Positions 61,357 through 64,000 of a stretch of 64,000 bases of DNA are shown here, piece by piece. A program made the position numbers and the translations under genes. Positions within the stretch are counted from its first letter, which is position 1; each line of letters starts with the position of its first letter. The notes below the pieces were generated by a model that was given only the letters and a program-made list of their open reading frames with translations, was not told the DNA's origin and made no database searches. The DNA comes from the human T2T-CHM13v2.0 reference genome, Homo sapiens. The stretch lies in the NCBI RefSeq assembly GCF_009914755.1, contig NC_060930.1; one strand, 5' to 3'.

Positions 61357-61941
61357 CACTTACTAAAACCTCCCTTAACTATCCTCCACCTTATCCAGAG
61401 AAGCTTCTTCTTTTAGAAAATCAAGCAAAGCAACTAAGTCAAGACATGTTAAAAAAAAAAAAAGTATGAAAAGAAAGCTGTAAGGAAATACAAGGGGAGG
61501 GATTGTTAGATATGAGTTCTAAATTTCTTTTCAAAGAATTAATATGTCAGTATGTTCAATTCTTTGCCTTCTATTTTTAAACTTCACTTCCTCGTAAAGC
61601 AACCTTTTCAATTACCTATTCCACCCTGACTCATTCCGATCACCTGCTCCACCCTAATTTATTCCAATCACCTGCTACCTGCTCTGCCCTGACTCCCACC
61701 AAAGCACTCACCCTGTCAGTCTCTTTAAATTAGTCAATCAGAATTAGTTTAGCCTGTGCGGTCTAACCCTAGCCAATAGGGGAACGACACAGCAGCAGGG
61801 GCCACGTGCATCAGGGATAAGAACCCCTTCCCCTCCCTTGTCCAAATGTGTGCTCACCATTGTTCCATCTATAAGGGCGCACGCTTCTATATAGAAGTAA
61901 CTTGCCTTGCTGAGAATTAAAAAGAAAATTAAAAAAAAAAA
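61357..61941 (+). mobile_element. 5'-truncated, polyadenylated HERV-I/LTR10(A/F-like) 3' end with 18-bp TSD
   Basis: PPT 61492-61502, LTR start TGTTAGATATGAGTTCTAAATTTC at 61504, ATTAAA 61916, A-tail from 61931, flanking repeats 61339-61356 and 61942-61959. Confidence 0.85.
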
Positions 61942-63074
61942 AGAAATTTGTTGCTTGTCAAGCTACTGTCCTTGCAGGAGGCATGGAAGAAACACTTATT
62001 TCTGGGTCCACCTGTTTTTGACCTCGGGGTCTCTGTCCCAGGTGCCCACACCCCAACTCCAGCCCCAGCCCCCTGCAGTAGTGAGAACACCCAGGCCACT
62101 CACAGCAGCCCCTAAACTGTACTTCTCCTCCTGTCCTTCCAGAGCCCTCCACAGCCTCCCCTTCTGGTTTCTGGCAGGGACACTGGAGCCCAAGCACATG
62201 CGCTTCTCAGCCTCTCAGGTAGAGACAGCACCCCCAACTTCCCCTAGATTAGAGATCTGTCATCCCCAATGAAGCTAAACCCTTCCTGTCTCTGTGTACC
62301 TGTGCAGCTTCCTGGGGTCGCTAGCTTCCTTCCACGTGCACTAAACCCAGCCCTTGTGTGCTTAGTGAGGCAGGTGGGATTCTGATCTTCCTTAATCTGG
62401 TGACTGATTGTCTGCACCAGCCCTGGCCCCTGCCTTCTTTGTGACTTCAAAGACTAAAGCTAGTCTGCCTGGATATAAAGCCGCCTTCCCTCCATTATCA
62501 CCACCCCACGCCGCCTTCAGAGGAATCGTTTCCTGTCCTGTCAGCCCTCCCTGCTTCCTCTCCGTCTCCAGTCCTGCCTGAAAGAATAGGTCACACTCTC
62601 TTTGGAGCCTCTTTGAAAGACTGTTCTCCCACTTGTCGTCCTCCCTCTCTCTCTAAGAGATGGCAGCCACCACCTGCTCTCCACAGAGCTTCTCTGAGTG
62701 ATGAGCAAAAGTCCCCAGAGAGAGCAGGGAGAGGTCAGTGAGAGCCTCAAGCTAACAGGTCCATGCTGGGCATGGTGGCACATGCCTGTAATCCCAGCTA
62801 CTCGGGAGGCTGAGGAGTTTGAGACCAGCCTGGGCAACACGGGGACTCCATCTTTTAAAAACAAAAACCTAGCAGGTCCTTTGAGACTCTGAGAGGTCCC
62901 GGGCAGTCCGGATTGGTTCTGGGAACCCTAGGAAGATGCTGACCCCACCTCTTGTTCCATGGCCTAGGGTGAAATGCTGCCAACTTCAAGCCAGGATGGA
63001 AAGGAAGCAGAAAACTCTCAAATCAGGACTATCCCTTCCGGTTTGTAACAAAGCTGGTTACTCACGAACACTCT

Positions 63075-64000
<926 letters not shown>

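Overview
Human (or close primate) genomic DNA, rich in Alus. The gene content matches what I know of the 6p21.1 MRPL14-TMEM63B-CAPN11 interval. A CpG-island bidirectional promoter (~2.3-3.9 kb) drives TMEM63B on + and, by known gene order, MRPL14 on - (only non-coding 5' sequence is in the window). I assembled TMEM63B (OSCA/TMEM63 mechanosensitive channel) by hand from 23 coding exons, 10039-30338: 2499 nt, 832 aa, every junction GT-AG and in phase. CAPN11 (calpain-11) assembles from 23 coding exons, 34304-60092: 2220 nt, 739 aa, with catalytic C139/H296/N320, a 12-nt microexon and a U12-type intron. I found no convincing new protein-coding gene or prokaryote-style system. The most interesting structures are: (1) an LTR10/HERV-I 3' end that appears to have been copied by L1 machinery (poly-A, 18-bp TSD, no U5); (2) an exon 20/intron 20 hairpin around the TMEM63B Q619 editing codon, with a consensus CTCF site upstream; (3) a 1.64-kb CA-rich VNTR with a RUNX motif in every unit, next to the U12 intron; (4) stop-free introns whose retention would give NMD-immune isoforms; (5) a uORF and a dense microRNA seed cluster in TMEM63B. 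Repeat boundaries and subfamily names were judged by eye and are approximate.
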